Position numbers and translations under genes: made by a program
Part shown: piece after piece, positions 32,269 to 45,617 of the stretch
Numbering within the stretch: position 1 is the stretch's first letter
Layout: the number at the start of each line of letters is the position of its first letter
From: Balanoglossus misakiensis
Lineage: Eukaryota; Animalia; Hemichordata
NCBI GenBank assembly: GCA_040954595.2
Contig: JBECUI020000024.1
Location: forward strand, 124,001 to 188,000
Length of the DNA stretch: 64,000 nucleotides
Reading direction: 5' to 3'
The notes under the pieces: generated by a model
Told to the model about the DNA's origin: nothing
The model's database searches: none
What the model saw: only the letters and a program-made list of their open reading frames with translations

Positions 32269-35200
32269 AGAGACACACATTTGCGCATCGAAAATGGCAC
32301 ATATATCGCGAAGTTGCCATGGAAGTCCAACCACCCGCCACTACCCGTTAACTACGGGGTCACTGATAATCGCACGCGTTCTATGGTGCGTAGGCTTTCA
32401 CCGGACATTCTGAAAGCGTATGACAAAATCATTTCTGATCAGGAATCGCGAGATTTCATCGAAGAAGTACCAGGCGACATGGACACGCGCCGCACCGGTC
32501 ACTACTTGCCCCATCGCCCCGTGAAAAAAGATTCAGCCACTACGCCAATCAGAATCGTGTATGATTGTAGTTGCAGGCAATCTACCGACCACCGAGTTTG
32601 AATGACTGTTTGCAAACCGGCCCGCCTCTGCTCAACGACCTCACACAAATTCTACTTCGGTTTCGCGCAAACCGCTTTGCCTTTACGAGTGACATAGAAA
32701 AGGCTTTTTTTCTGCATGTTCGACTTGACGAAAGCGATCGTCAATTCACGAAGTTTTTGTGGTTGTCTGATCCGACAGACCCGGAAAGCGACTTCAAAAC
32801 ATATCGCTTCAAGGTGGTTCTATTCGGCGCAGTTTGCTCGCCATTCATTTTAAACGCAGTCGTGAAAACCCATCTCGAGTCCGCTCAATCCACGCCAACT
32901 TCCATCGATCTCAAAAATAATATCTACGTTGACAACATACTCAGCGGAGCTGACAGCCCGAGCGAAGCAGTTGACTACTACAGAGAGTCAAACCGTCTGT
33001 TAGAATCTTGCGGATTCAATCTACGAAGTTGGTCGAGTAACTGTGAAGATGTTCGCGCACTTGCTGCAAAGGATGATAAACTCGAACGCGCTACTGACGT
33101 GAACACACTAGGACTTCGCTGGTTAACCGAAACCGACGAACTCGCCTACGCGAAGAAGAATCTCCAAATACCGGACAATCTCACTACGAAACGTGAAGTG
33201 GTTCGAACCACTGCCAGCTTATACGACCCTCTGGGGTATCTTTCGCCAGTTCTCATTAAGGCGAAACTGTTTATACAGCAACTGTGGATAAAAGGTCTCG
33301 CCTGGGACGAACCGCTAGAAAACGAACTCAATAAACAGTGGACAGACATCGCAAGAGAAATACGCGAAACGACCACGTTGAAACTCAATCGCCGATATTT
33401 TGACAACTCGCCTGTCAATCAAAACTATGAGCTCCACGTGTTCGCCGACTCGAGCATGAAGGCCTATGGAGCCGTCGCCTACTTACGACATGCCAATCAA
33501 ACCGCGCTTGTCATGGCAAAGAATCGCGTGGCACCTCTCAGAGAGTTCACTCTCCCGCGCCTCGAACTGATGGCCGCCTTGATCGGTGCAAGGCCGTTGC
33601 AATTCGTCTCAAACTCCCTACAAGGCAAAATTCGCATCACAGAGAAAATTCTGTGGTCTGATAGTCAAATAGTCCTACATTGGTTAAACAGCGACAAGAA
33701 ACTTCCGATCTTCGTTGCCAATCGTGTAAGAGAAATAAACGCGATTTCCTGCACCGCGAAATACTGTCCCACGGGGGACAATCCGGCAGATTTGCTGACC
33801 CGCGGGATTTCTATCGCTGATCTACGTGAGTCTGGCCTTTGGTGGAACGGCCCACCTTGGCTGAAACAAGGCGACTGGCCTATAAGCGAAGTGTTCGACA
33901 GCGCGATTCACCACGCACCGGTATCGACGGTGAATGAATCGGAACTTCTCCCCGCGAGTAACCCCCTCGAGACGAGACTTCAAGATGAAAAACTCGCGGA
34001 CTGTTTGACCGCTAAACCCCAGACTACCGGAATACAACAAGTGATTGACGCGAATCGGTTCAGCACGTTGAACAAACTTCTCCGTGTCACCGCACAAGTG
34101 CTAAGATTCGTTTCGAACATAAAACGGAACAGCACTCGGAAATTCGGTCCCCTCACAGCTGAGGAAATACAACATGCCGAAAACACATGGATCAAGGACA
34201 CCCAAAAACAGACTTTCGGCGAAACAGGACAACGAGCCGCTCTGACGAAGCCGCTGAAACTTTTCACTGATGACAGAGACATCACAAGATGTGATAGCAG
34301 ACTACATAACGCGCCAATTGGCTTCGACGCCAAATTCCCAATTCTGCTACCGCGAAACCATCGATTCACGGAACTCGTCATTCGCGACGCGCATTCGCGT
34401 TTACTTCACGCCGGAGTACAATCGACTGTAGCTCATTTACGGCAGAAATTCTGGATACCGAGAATACGCCGTACCGTGAGAGCTCTACTGAGTAAGTGTG
34501 TCACATGCCGCAAAATCAACGGGCACGCCTACAGCTACCCAAGACAAGCACCGCTACAAGCAGATCGTGTGAAAACAGCCCCGCCTTTCAACGTAACCGG
34601 AGTTGACTTCACCGGAGCGTTGTACATCAAATCGCCCAAACCTGTACGAGAGAAAAAGGTGTATGTCTGCCTGTTCACTTGCGCTGTTACACGCGCCGTG
34701 CATTTGGAACTTGTTGACGACTTGTCCGCGAATAGCTTTCTACAAGCATTCCGCCGTTTCGCTGCAAGACGCTCGCTACCGAGCAAAATGATATCAGATA
34801 ACGCGTCTAACTTCGTGTCCGCGGCCGCCGAACTACGCCGTTTATTCGACGCGCCCGAAGTGAAGGCTCATCTCGCCAACAGACGATGCCAGTGGAACTT
34901 CATCCCGAAACGAGCCCCTTGGTTCGGGGGATTTTGGGAACGGCTAATCGGAATAACTAAGACCGCAATAAAGAAGGTCTTAGGACGCGCCTACGTGACA
35001 TTCAATGAACTGTATACCTTGCTGACCGAAGTTGAGGCCGTAATAAACGACCGACCGATCACATATGTTTCTTCGGATGCTGAAGACGCCGTGCCGTTGA
35101 CGCCCGCTCATTTATTACACGGACGCCCCTTGACAACGGTACCTTATCTCACCGTCGAAGACGATGAACTCACCGACCCGACCTACGGTAACCATAGCGA

Positions 35201-35522
35201 TCTAAACAAGCGCTACACTCTGATGGCTACGCTCCAGACGCGATTTTGGCGACGATGGGTATCGGAATATTTGCCCGCGCTACGTGAAAACCACTCGCCA
35301 ATAGGGAGTCCCGGCAACAAGATACAGGTTGGGGACGTGGTCCTTGTACATGAAGACATCAAACGACGCCTGGAATGGACTTTGGCTACGGTGGAACGAT
35401 TGAACTACGGACGCGACAACCTAGTCCGATCAGCGGAAATCAGAACCGCCAAGGGACACACCACAAGGCCAGTGAGCAAACTCTTCCCGCTGGAAGTGAA
35501 CTCGCGCTCCGTATCGACATGA
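32269..35522 (+). pseudogene. pol: BEL/Pao pol: RT, RNase H (Pao), integrase (frameshift ~32590)
   Basis: YLPHRPV, RIVYD, SLNDCL..GP, DIEKAF, YVDN, YDPLG, LHVFADSS, LPRLEL, WSDS, NPAD, H...H...CVTC, GVDFTG, SDNA, WFGGFWERL. Confidence 0.95.
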
Positions 35523-35653
35523 AGTGGACATTGACATTGTCTGTGTTTCAATGACAATCGAACAATGGACAATCTGATTTTTCTAGTTTGCATGTATTTC
35601 AGGATTTTCTAGTTTATTCTTGATTTCTTGTTCACTTTTGCGGCCCGGGAGAA

Positions 35654-35961
35654 TATCGGAGATGCTAAAAACTCTGACCATGAGTCATTTTGAGGATCAC
35701 AGCTCGGATGCTTTGAGCCAATCAGAGCTGAGTATTTTAGCCCAATCAGAGGCCTAGTTAATCACCCAATGACATATCTTTCCCCGCCAAAACAAAATTT
35801 GCTACTTTTTGGCTGGCGTTTTGTGCTGTGTAATCACTTCTTGAGTGACCTTCAATAAAAGCTGTTTAAAGGTTGTACAGCTGCGTCCCGCTCCTGTAAT
35901 TTCCCCTGCCATCCCCCAGAACCTTGTTCATAAATCCACCCCAGACGTAAAGTACGTCACA
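35654..35961 (+). repeat. BEL/Pao 3' LTR (308 bp)
   Basis: Direct repeat of 27340-27648. Confidence 0.95.
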
Positions 35962-38951
35962 AAAATAGCCATTTTGGCCATATTTTGACAAAATGGTACA
36001 TTTGTAAAAAATCATAAAAAATAAACTCTTTTCTTCATTTTCGGAAATATTATGGAGCATGAAGTGTCGTTCTCTTGTAAAAAGTGCTGCAAATTCCAGA
36101 AAAGGCGGTATAATTTGAATCACCCAAGACAAAATTACCATTTTCGACATTTTTTCGAAAAATTGTCTTTTTTACAAAATAAATAAGAATAAATTCTTTT
36201 CTTAGTTTCAAACGGGTAGAGATACTTTCTACACGGGTTTTCTAACATTGAATTCCCGTTCATCAACTCAGATTTCCTACAGCATAAGTCGGCTAAAACC
36301 CTGACACTCTAGAGCAGAAACAGTTGCACACTGGTAACGTTGAACAAGTCGATTTTTCTACGGCCTGGCTCGGCTAAATCTCCGTCACAATATGACAGAC
36401 ACTAGCGTACGTTAGCAACGGTGATCAAGTCAGATTTTCTACGGCATGGCTTGGATAAAGCCCCGGCACTCTAGAGCAGAAACACGCGTACAGAGACCAC
36501 GTTGATCAAGTCTGATCTCCTACGGCTTGGCTCGACTAAAACCCCGGCACACTATGACAGACACTAGCGTTCGTTAGCAACGGTGATCAAGTCAGATTTT
36601 CTACGGCATGGCTTGGCTAAAGCCCCGGCACTCTAGAGCAGAAACACGCGTACAGAGACCACGTTGATCAAGTCTGATCTCCTACGGCTTGGCTCGACTA
36701 AAACCCCGGCACACTATGACAGACACTAGCGTTCGTTAGCAACGTTGATCAAGTCGGGTTTCCTACGGCCTGGCTCAGCTGAAGCCCCGGCACTCTAGAG
36801 CAGAAACAGGCGTACATTGATCACGTTGATCAAATCAGATTTCCTACGGCGTGACTCGGCTGGTGCACCGGCTCTATATGACACGGACTGGCGTAAGTTA
36901 TCAACGGTGATTACGTCGGATTTCCTACGGCCTGGTTTAGCTGAAGCCCCGGCACTTTAGATCGGAAACACGCGTACATTGACCACGATGATCAAGTCAG
37001 ATCTCCTACGGCCTGGCTCGACTAAAACCCCGGCACACCATGACAGACACTAGCGTTCGTTAGCAACGGTGATCAAGTTGGATTTCCCTCGGCCTGGCTC
37101 TGCAAAAGACCCGACACATTAGTACAAAGACGTTGGCTAAGTCGGGCAAACCGAAGAGGGAAAGTCACAGCGGGTCAACACTCGACATTTGTTCGGGTAG
37201 GACTGCATTATTGCCTGTCAATTTATAGAGAAAGCCCGAATTTAACCAGGGCGTTTCAAACACCGACGTTAGTTGGGGGCACGGCCTGCAGTACTGCCGG
37301 GTAAGCTGACATCGGCGTACCGCATATAATGTAGGGGGGGGGGGGGGAAACAGAACGGTTCAATACTACATTTATTAGATATCAGCTAATTTTGGACAAT
37401 CATCTAAAATCTAAATCATTTTTTCATATTTGGATATCTGATGATGTATGACATTTCCATTATATGTAGAAATGGTGCTGATTATAAAAAATGCAATCTT
37501 AATGAGCTGATTTAATACAAAATTGCGTTTTATTCGTTTTTGCACCAAAAAGGTCATTTTTAGGCAAAACATTCTTTATTTTTTTAATTCGGTGACCTGA
37601 TCATATATAAACAATTGCTTGTATGTTAAAAGTTTTTATGACTTTTAAAAGCAGTGACACTGGCGGCATTCAACACGAAAATAACAATTTTAGCCACACT
37701 TTGGTCAAAATGGTAAATTTTTGAAAATTACAAAAAATACCTGTTTTCTACATTTTCGGAAATCTGATGGAGTATAGAATGCTCTTCGTATGTATATATC
37801 GATACAAATTCCACAAAAGACCGTCTAATTTGGCTCACTGCAGACAAAATTGCGTTTTACCAAATTTTCCTTGAAAATGTCATTTTTAGAAAAAAAAATA
37901 AAAAAACCTTTGTTCTTCGAATTTGGTGTCCTGATCATATATGACATGTTGATTGTATGTTAAAACTTTCGACCAGTCCAAAAATGCAGAGATATTGACG
38001 GAATTCAAGAAAAAATAGCCATTTTGGCCATATTTTGACAAAATGGTACATTTGTAAAAAATCATAAAAAATAAACTCTTTTCTTCATTTTCGGAAATAT
38101 TATGGAGCATGAAGTGTCGTTCTCTTGTAAAAAGTGCTGCAAATTCCAGAAAAGGCGGTATAATTTGAATCACCCAAGACAAAATTACCATTTTCGACTT
38201 TTTTTCGAAAAATTGTCTTTTTTACAAAATAAATAAGAATAAATTCTTTTCTTAGTTTCAAACGGGTAGAGATACTTTCCACACGGGTTTTCTAACATTG
38301 AATTCGCGTTCATCAACTCAGATTTCCTACAGCATAAGTGGGCTAAAACCCTGACACTCTAGAGCAGAAACAGTTGCACACTGGTAACGTTGAACAAGTC
38401 GATTTTTCTACGGCCTGGCTCGGCTAAATCTCCGTCACAATATGACAGACACTAGCGTACGTTAGCAACGGTGATCAAGTCAGATTTTCTACGGCATGGC
38501 TTGGCTAAAGCCCTGGCAGTCTAGAGCAGAAACACGCGTACAGAGACCACGTTGATCAAGTCTGATCTCCTACGGCTTGGCTCGACTAAAATCCCGGCAC
38601 ACTATGACAGACACTAGCGTTCGTTAGCAACGTTGATCAAGTCAGATTTCCTACGGCCTGGTTTAGCTGAAGCCCCGGCACTTTAGAGCGGAAACACGCG
38701 TACATTGACCACGATGATCAAGTCAGATCTCCTACGGCCTGGCTCGACTAAAACCCCGGCACACCATGACAGACACTAGCGTTCGTTAGCAACGGTGATC
38801 AAGTCGGATTTCCTTCGGCCTGGCTCTGCAAAAGACCCGACACTCTAGTACAAAGACGTTGGCTAAGTCGGGCAAACCGAAGAGGGAAAGTCACAGCGGG
38901 TCAACACTCGACATTTGTTCGGGTAGGACTGCATTATTGCCTGTCAATTTA
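35962..38951. repeat. Macrosatellite array, block 4
   Basis: Resumes exactly where it was interrupted at 27339; poly-G at 37334. Confidence 0.96.
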
Positions 38952-39326
38952 CATTCTCGCAAGCCAGAGCCGACCGTGTTTCCGCTCCGCGGAGCTACGC
39001 AAAAAACGGGCTCTGGCAGATTACAGTAGGGAACCCCGGAATTTAGGACGTAGACTAATGAATTATTCATGAGAAACGACATTGGAATTAGCCAATCAGT
39101 AGTCTGGATATCGCGAGCTCTTCGGCTGCTGTCAGCTTTAAATCCGCCATTTTGCACTGTCATTTAAATAAGTTATGCAGTTTTATGAGACGGGCTCTCT
39201 GATTGGTTCCTTTGTCTGGCTGCTGGAACTGACGCTGGGATCCGCGAAAACCTTCCAAATCCACCACGGCCTGTTGGCGGTAGCGCGTAGCAGTTGCCGT
39301 AAACAGGTCGTGGTTTTACGACGATG
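38952..39326. mobile_element. 375-bp non-autonomous DNA element with 9-bp TSD (AcademH-like or MULE-like)
   Basis: TSD GTCAATTTA at 38943-38951 and 39327-39335. Imperfect TIR CATTCTCGCAAGCC / reverse complement CATCGTCGTAAAACC. Separate sub-terminal hairpins at each end. Confidence 0.85.
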
Positions 39327-39355
39327 GTCAATTTATAGAGAAAGCCCGAATTTAA

Positions 39356-40152
39356 GATGGGTCCCGGGATCTTTTTGCTCGTTGCTATGGGCCTTTGCAG
39401 GACATTACACCCCGATTTGGACTAAGCCGTTTTCAGAGTCTAACAAGGGGCTGGTAACTAGTTGAAAATCTGCACGATTGTGAGCGCGCGCCCCCTGACG
39501 CCATTGATATGCAAATTAGCTAGGTCAAATTTCAAAAGCCTAAGGCTTTTTATTCCGTGACCTCAAAAACGAACTTGAGACGTATTCATTAGTTGCTTGA
39601 ACCAGGGAAGATCGTGACGGATTTTGTTTTCGAATATTAACGTTGTATCCTACGATTTCAGCATACCCGTACCACACCTGAAAAAGTCATCGATTTTGGG
39701 TGTTTTTGGACGCACTCTTCCACCGGTATCGCTTCTTAGCACGACGAAAACCAAAAAAAAAACGATCCGTCACACTGTGCGGAAGTGCGTTCTCAACAAG
39801 CAGGTCAAATTTGACTGGCGTACGTGGCCTATGAAAAAAGCCTTAGGGATTTTCGTGAACGGTACAAAATCTCTGTGTACAAAACATTGGATTTTAAGCG
39901 TTCGATCCAGTTACTGTGGTTACAGGACGCGCACGCTATCGCTGACCGCTGCTTTGCCGTATTAGCGTGGCGGCCTATGGCCGGGCGGTAGCTGCCGTAA
40001 ACATACTTGGACAGGGGGTGTGCACACAATCGTGTGTATTTTTAACTAGATACAAGCCCCTTGTCGGACGTTCATAACGGTTTCGATCAAAATTGAGTGT
40101 AGTGTCCTATAAAGGCCCATAGCAACGGGCAAAAAGATCCCAGGGACCCATC
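39356..40152. mobile_element. 797-bp MITE with TTAA TSD (Kolobok-like)
   Basis: TTAA at 39352-39355 and 40153-40156. Imperfect ~110-bp TIRs beginning GATGGGTCCC...GGGATCTTTTTGC. The purine-purine terminus fits Kolobok rather than piggyBac (CC). Confidence 0.88.
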
Positions 40153-43100
40153 TTAACCAGGGCGTTTCAAACACCGACGTTAGTTGGGGGCACGGCCTGC
40201 AGTACTGCCGGGTAAGCTGACATCGGCGTACCGCATATAATGTATGGGGGGGGGGGGAGAAACAGAACGGTTCAATACTACATTTATTAGATATCAGCTA
40301 ATTTTGGACAATCATCTAAATCATTTTTTCATATTTGGATATCTGATGATGTATGAAATTTCCATTATATGTAAAAATGGTGCTGATTATAAAAAATGCA
40401 CTCTGATTTAATACAAAATTTCGTTTTATTCGTTTTTGCACCAAAAAGGTCATTTTTAGGCAAAACATTCTTTATTTTATTAATTCGGTGACCTGATCAT
40501 ATATAAACAATTGCTCGTATGTTAAAAGTGTTTATGACTTTTAAAAGCAGTGACACTGGCGGCATTCAACACGAAAATAACAATTTTAGCCACAATTTGG
40601 TCAAAATGGTAAATTTTTGAAAATTACAAAAAATACCTTTTTCTACATTTTCGGAAATCTGATGGAGTATAGAATGCTCTTCGTATGTAAATATCGATAC
40701 AAATTCCACAAAAGACAGTCTCACTGCAGACAAAATTGCATGTTATCAAATTTTGCTTGAAAATGTCATTTTTAGAAAAAATAAATAAAAAAACCTTTGT
40801 TCTTCGAATTTGGTGCCCTGATCATATATGACATGTTGATTGTATGTTAAAACTTTCGACCACTCCAAAAATGTAGAGATAGTGACGAAATTCAAGAAAA
40901 AATAGCCATTTTGGCCATATTTTGTCAAAAATGGTAAATTTTTAAAAAATCATAAAAAATTAACTCTTTTCTACATTTTCGGAAATATTATGGAGCATGA
41001 AGTGTCGTTCTCTTGTAAAAAGTGCTGCAAATTCCAGAAAAGGCGGTATAATTTGAATCACCCAAGACAAAATTACCATTTTCGACTTTTTTTTTCGAAA
41101 AATTGTCTTTTTTTACAAAATAAATAAGAATAAATTCTTTTCTTAGTTTTAAACGGGTAGAGATACTTTCCACACGGGTTTTCTAACATTGAATTCCCGT
41201 TCATCAACTCAGATTTCCTACAGCATAAGTCGGCTAAAACCCTGACACTCTAGAGCAGAAACAGTTGCACACTGGTAACGTTGAACAAGTCGATTTTTCT
41301 ACGGCCTGGCTCGGCTAAATCTCCGTCACAATATGACAGACACTAGCGTACGTTAGCAACGGTGATCAAGTCAGATTTTCTACGGCAGGGCTTGGATAAA
41401 GCCCCGGCACTCTAGAGCAGAAACACGCGTACAGAGACCACGTTGATCTACTAACATTTCCTTTGGCCTGGCACGGCTGATGCCCTGGCACTATATATCA
41501 GACACAGACTGGCGTAAGTTAACAACGGTAATCACATCGGGTTTCCTACGGCCTGGCTCAGCTGAAGCCCCGGCACTCTAGAGCAGAAACAGGCGTACAT
41601 TGACCACGTTGATCAAGTCAGATTTCCTACGGCGTGATTCGGCTGGTGCACCGGCTCTATATGACACAGACTGGCGTAAGTTGTCAACGGTGATTACGTC
41701 GGATTTCCTACGGCCTGGTTTAGCTGAAGCCCCGGCACTTTAGATCGGAAACACGCGTACATTGACCACGATGATCAAGTCAGATCTCCTACGGCCTGGA
41801 TCGACTAAAACCCCGGCACACAATGACAGACACTAGCGTTCGTTAGCAACGGTGATCAAGTCGGATTTCCTTCGGCCTGGCTCTGCAAAAGACCCGACAC
41901 TCTAGTACAAAGACGTTGGCTAAGTCGGGCAAACCGAAGAGGGAAAGTCACAGCGGGTCAACACTCGACATTTGTTCGGTTAGGACTGCATTATTGCTTG
42001 TCAATTTATAGAGAAAGCCCGAATTAAACCAGGGCGTTTCAAACACCGACGTTAGTTGGGGGCACGGCCTGCAGTACTGCCGGGTAAGCTGACATCGGCG
42101 TACCTCATATAATGTAGGGGGGGGGGGGGGGTGGAACGGTTCAATACTACATTTATTAGATATCAGCTAATTTTGGACAATCATCTAAAATCTAAATTAT
42201 TTGGATATCTGATGATGTATGAAATTTCCATTATATGTAAAAATGGTGCTGATTATAAAATATGCACTCTGATTTAATACAAAATTGCGTTTTATTCGTT
42301 TTTGCACCAAAAAGGTCATTTTTAGGCAAAACAGTCTTTATTTTTTTAATTCGGTGACCTGATCATATATAAACAATTGCTTGTATGTTAAAAGTTTTTA
42401 TGACTTTTAAAAGCAGTGACACTGGCGGCATTCAATACGAAAATAACAATTTTATCCACAATTTGGTCAAAATGGTAAATTTTTGAAAATTACAAAAAAT
42501 ACCTGTTTTCTACATTTTCGGAAATCTGATGGAGTATATAATGCTCTTCGTATGTATATATCGATACAAATTCCACAAAAGACCGTCTAATTTGGCTCAC
42601 TGCAGACAAAATTGCGTTTTACCAAATTTTCCTTGAAAATGTCATTTTTAGAAAAAAATAAATAAAAAAACCTTTGTTCTTCGAATTTGGTGCCCTGATC
42701 ATATATGACATGTTGATTGTATGTTAAAACTTTCGACCACTCCAAATATGCAGAGATATTGACGGAATTCAAGAAAAAATAGCCATTTTGGCCATATTTT
42801 GACAAACATGGTGAATTTTTAAAAAATCATGAAAAATTAATTCTCTTCTTCATTTTCGGAAATATTATGGAGCATGAAGTGTCGTTCTCTTGTAAAAAGT
42901 GCTGCAAATTCCAGAAAAGGCGGTATAATGTGAATCACCCAAGACAAAATTACCATTTTCGACTTTTTTTCGAAAAATTGTCTTTTTTACAAAATAAATA
43001 AGAATAAATTCTTTTCTTAGTTTCAAACGGGTAGAGATACTTTCCACACGGGTTTTCTAACATTGAATTCCCGTTCATCAACTCAGATTTCCTACAGCAT

Positions 43101-45617
43101 AAGTCGGCTAAAACCCTGACACTCTAGAGAAGAAACAGTTGCACACTGGTAACGTTGAACAAGTCGATTTTTCTACGGCCTGGCTCGGCTAAATCTCCGT
43201 CTGACTCACAATATGACAGACACTAGCGTACGTTAGCAACGGTGATCAAGTCAGATTTTCTACGGCAGGGCTTGGATAAAGCCCCGGCACTCAAGAGCAA
43301 AAACACGCGTACAGAGACCACGTTGATCAAGTCTGATCTCCTACGGCTTGGCTCGACTAAAACCCCGGCACACTACGACAGACACTAGCGTTCGTTAGCA
43401 ACGTTGATCAAGTGAGATTTCCTACGGCATGGCTTGGCTAAAGCCCCGGCACTCTAGAGCAGAAACACGCGTACAGAGACCACGTTGATCTACTCACATT
43501 TCCTTCGGCCTGGCACGGCTGATGCCCCGGCACTATATATAGGACACAGACTGGCGTAAGTTAACAACGGTAATCACGTCGGGTTTCCTACGGCCTGGCT
43601 CAGCTGAAGCCCCGGCACTCTTGAGCAGAAACAGGCGTACAGAGACCACATTGATCTACTCACATTTCCTTCGGCCTGGCTCGGCTGGTGAACCGGCTCT
43701 ATATGACACAGACTGGCGTAAGTTATCAACGGTAATCACGTCGGGTTTCCTACGGCCTGGCTCAGCTGAAGCCCCGGCACTCTAGAGCAGAAACAGGCGT
43801 ACATTGACCACGTTGATCAAGTCTGATCTCCTACGGCTTGGCTCGACTAAAACCCCGGCACACTATCACATACACTAGCGTTCGTTAGCAACGTTGATCA
43901 AGTCAGATTTCCTACGGTATGGCTTGGCTAAATCCCTGGCACTCTAGAGCAGAAACACGCGTACAGAGACCACATTGATCTACTCACATTTCCTTCGGCC
44001 TGGCTCGGCTGGTGAACCGGCTCTATATGACACAGACTGGCGTAAGTTATCAACGGTGATTACGTCGGATTTCCTACGGCCTGGTTTAGCTGAAGCCCCG
44101 GCACTTTAGAGCGGAAACACGCGTACATTGACCACGATGATCAAGTCAGATCTCCTACGGCCTGGCTCGACTAAAACCCCGGCACACCATGACAGACACT
44201 AGCGTTCGTTATCAACGGTGATCAAGTCGGATTTCCTTCGGCCTGGCTCTGCAAAAGACCCGACACTCTAGTACAAAGACGTTGGCTAAGTCGGGCAAAC
44301 CGAAGAGGGAAAGTCACAGCGGGTCAACACTCGACATTTGTTCTGGTAGGACTGCATTATTGCCTGTCAATTTATAGATAAAGCCCGAATTTAACCAGGG
44401 CGTTTCAAACACCGACGTTAGTTGGGGGCCCGGCCTGCAGTACTGCCGGGTAAGCTGACATCGGCGTACCGCATATAATGTAGGGGGGGGGGGGGGAACA
44501 GACCGCTTCAATACTACATTTATTAGATATCAGCTAATTTTGGACAATCATCTAAAATCTAAATCATTTTTTCATATTTGGATATCTGATGATGTATGAA
44601 ATTTCCATTATATGTAAAAATGGTGCTGATTATAAAAAATGCACTCTGAATGAGCTGATTTAATACAAAATTGCGTTTTATTCGTTTTTGCACCAAAAAT
44701 GTCATTTTTAGGCAAAACATTCTTTATTTTTTTTAATTCGGTGACCTGATCATATATAAACAATTGCTTGTATGTTAAAAGTTTTTATGACTTTTAAAAG
44801 CAGTGACACTGGCGGCATTCAACACGAAAATAACAATTTTAGCAATAATTTGGTCAAAATGGTAAATTTTTGAAAATTACAAAAAATACCTGTTTTCTAT
44901 ATTTTCGGAAATCTGATGGAGTATAGAATGCTCTTCGTATGTATATATCGATACAAATTCCACAGAAGACCGTCTAATGTTGCTCACTGCAGACAAAATT
45001 GCGTTTTACCAAATTTTCCTTGAAAATGTCATTTTTAGAAGAAAAAAAACAAAAAAACCTTTGTTCTTCGAATTTGGTGCCCTGATCATATATGACATGT
45101 TGATTGTATGTTAAAACTTTCGACCACTCCAAAAATGCAGAGATATTGATGGAATTCAAGAAAAAATAGCCATTTTGGCCATATTTTGACAAAAATGGTA
45201 AATTTTTAAAAAATCATAAAAAATTAACTCTTTTCTTCATTTTCGGAAATATTATTGAGCATGAAGTGTCGTTCTCTTGTAAAAAGTGCTGCAAATTCCA
45301 GAAAAGGCGGTATAATTTGAATCACCCAAGACAAAATTTCCATTTTCGACTTTTTTTCGAAAAATTGTCTTTTTTACAAATTAAATAAGAATAAATTCTT
45401 TTCTTAGATTCAAACGGGTAGAGATACTTTCCACACGGGTTTTCTAACATTGAATTCCCGTTCATCAACTCAGATTTCCTACAGCATAAGTCGGCTAAAA
45501 CCCTGACACTCTAGAGCAGAAACAGTTGCACACTGGTAACGTTGAACAAGTCGATTTTTCTACGGCCTGGCTCGGCTAAATCTCCGTCACAATATGACAG
45601 ATACTAGCGTATGTTAG
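40153..45617. repeat. Macrosatellite array, block 5
   Basis: Poly-G at 40246, 42117 and 44483. Confidence 0.96.

Larger units (their letters stand above)
27340..35961 (+). mobile_element. Full-length BEL/Pao LTR retrotransposon
   Basis: Two near-identical LTRs; 5-bp TSD AAAAT (27335-27339 and 35962-35966); PBS; purine-rich GGCCCGGGAGAA before the 3' LTR; gag-PR-RT-RH-IN order. Confidence 0.96.
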
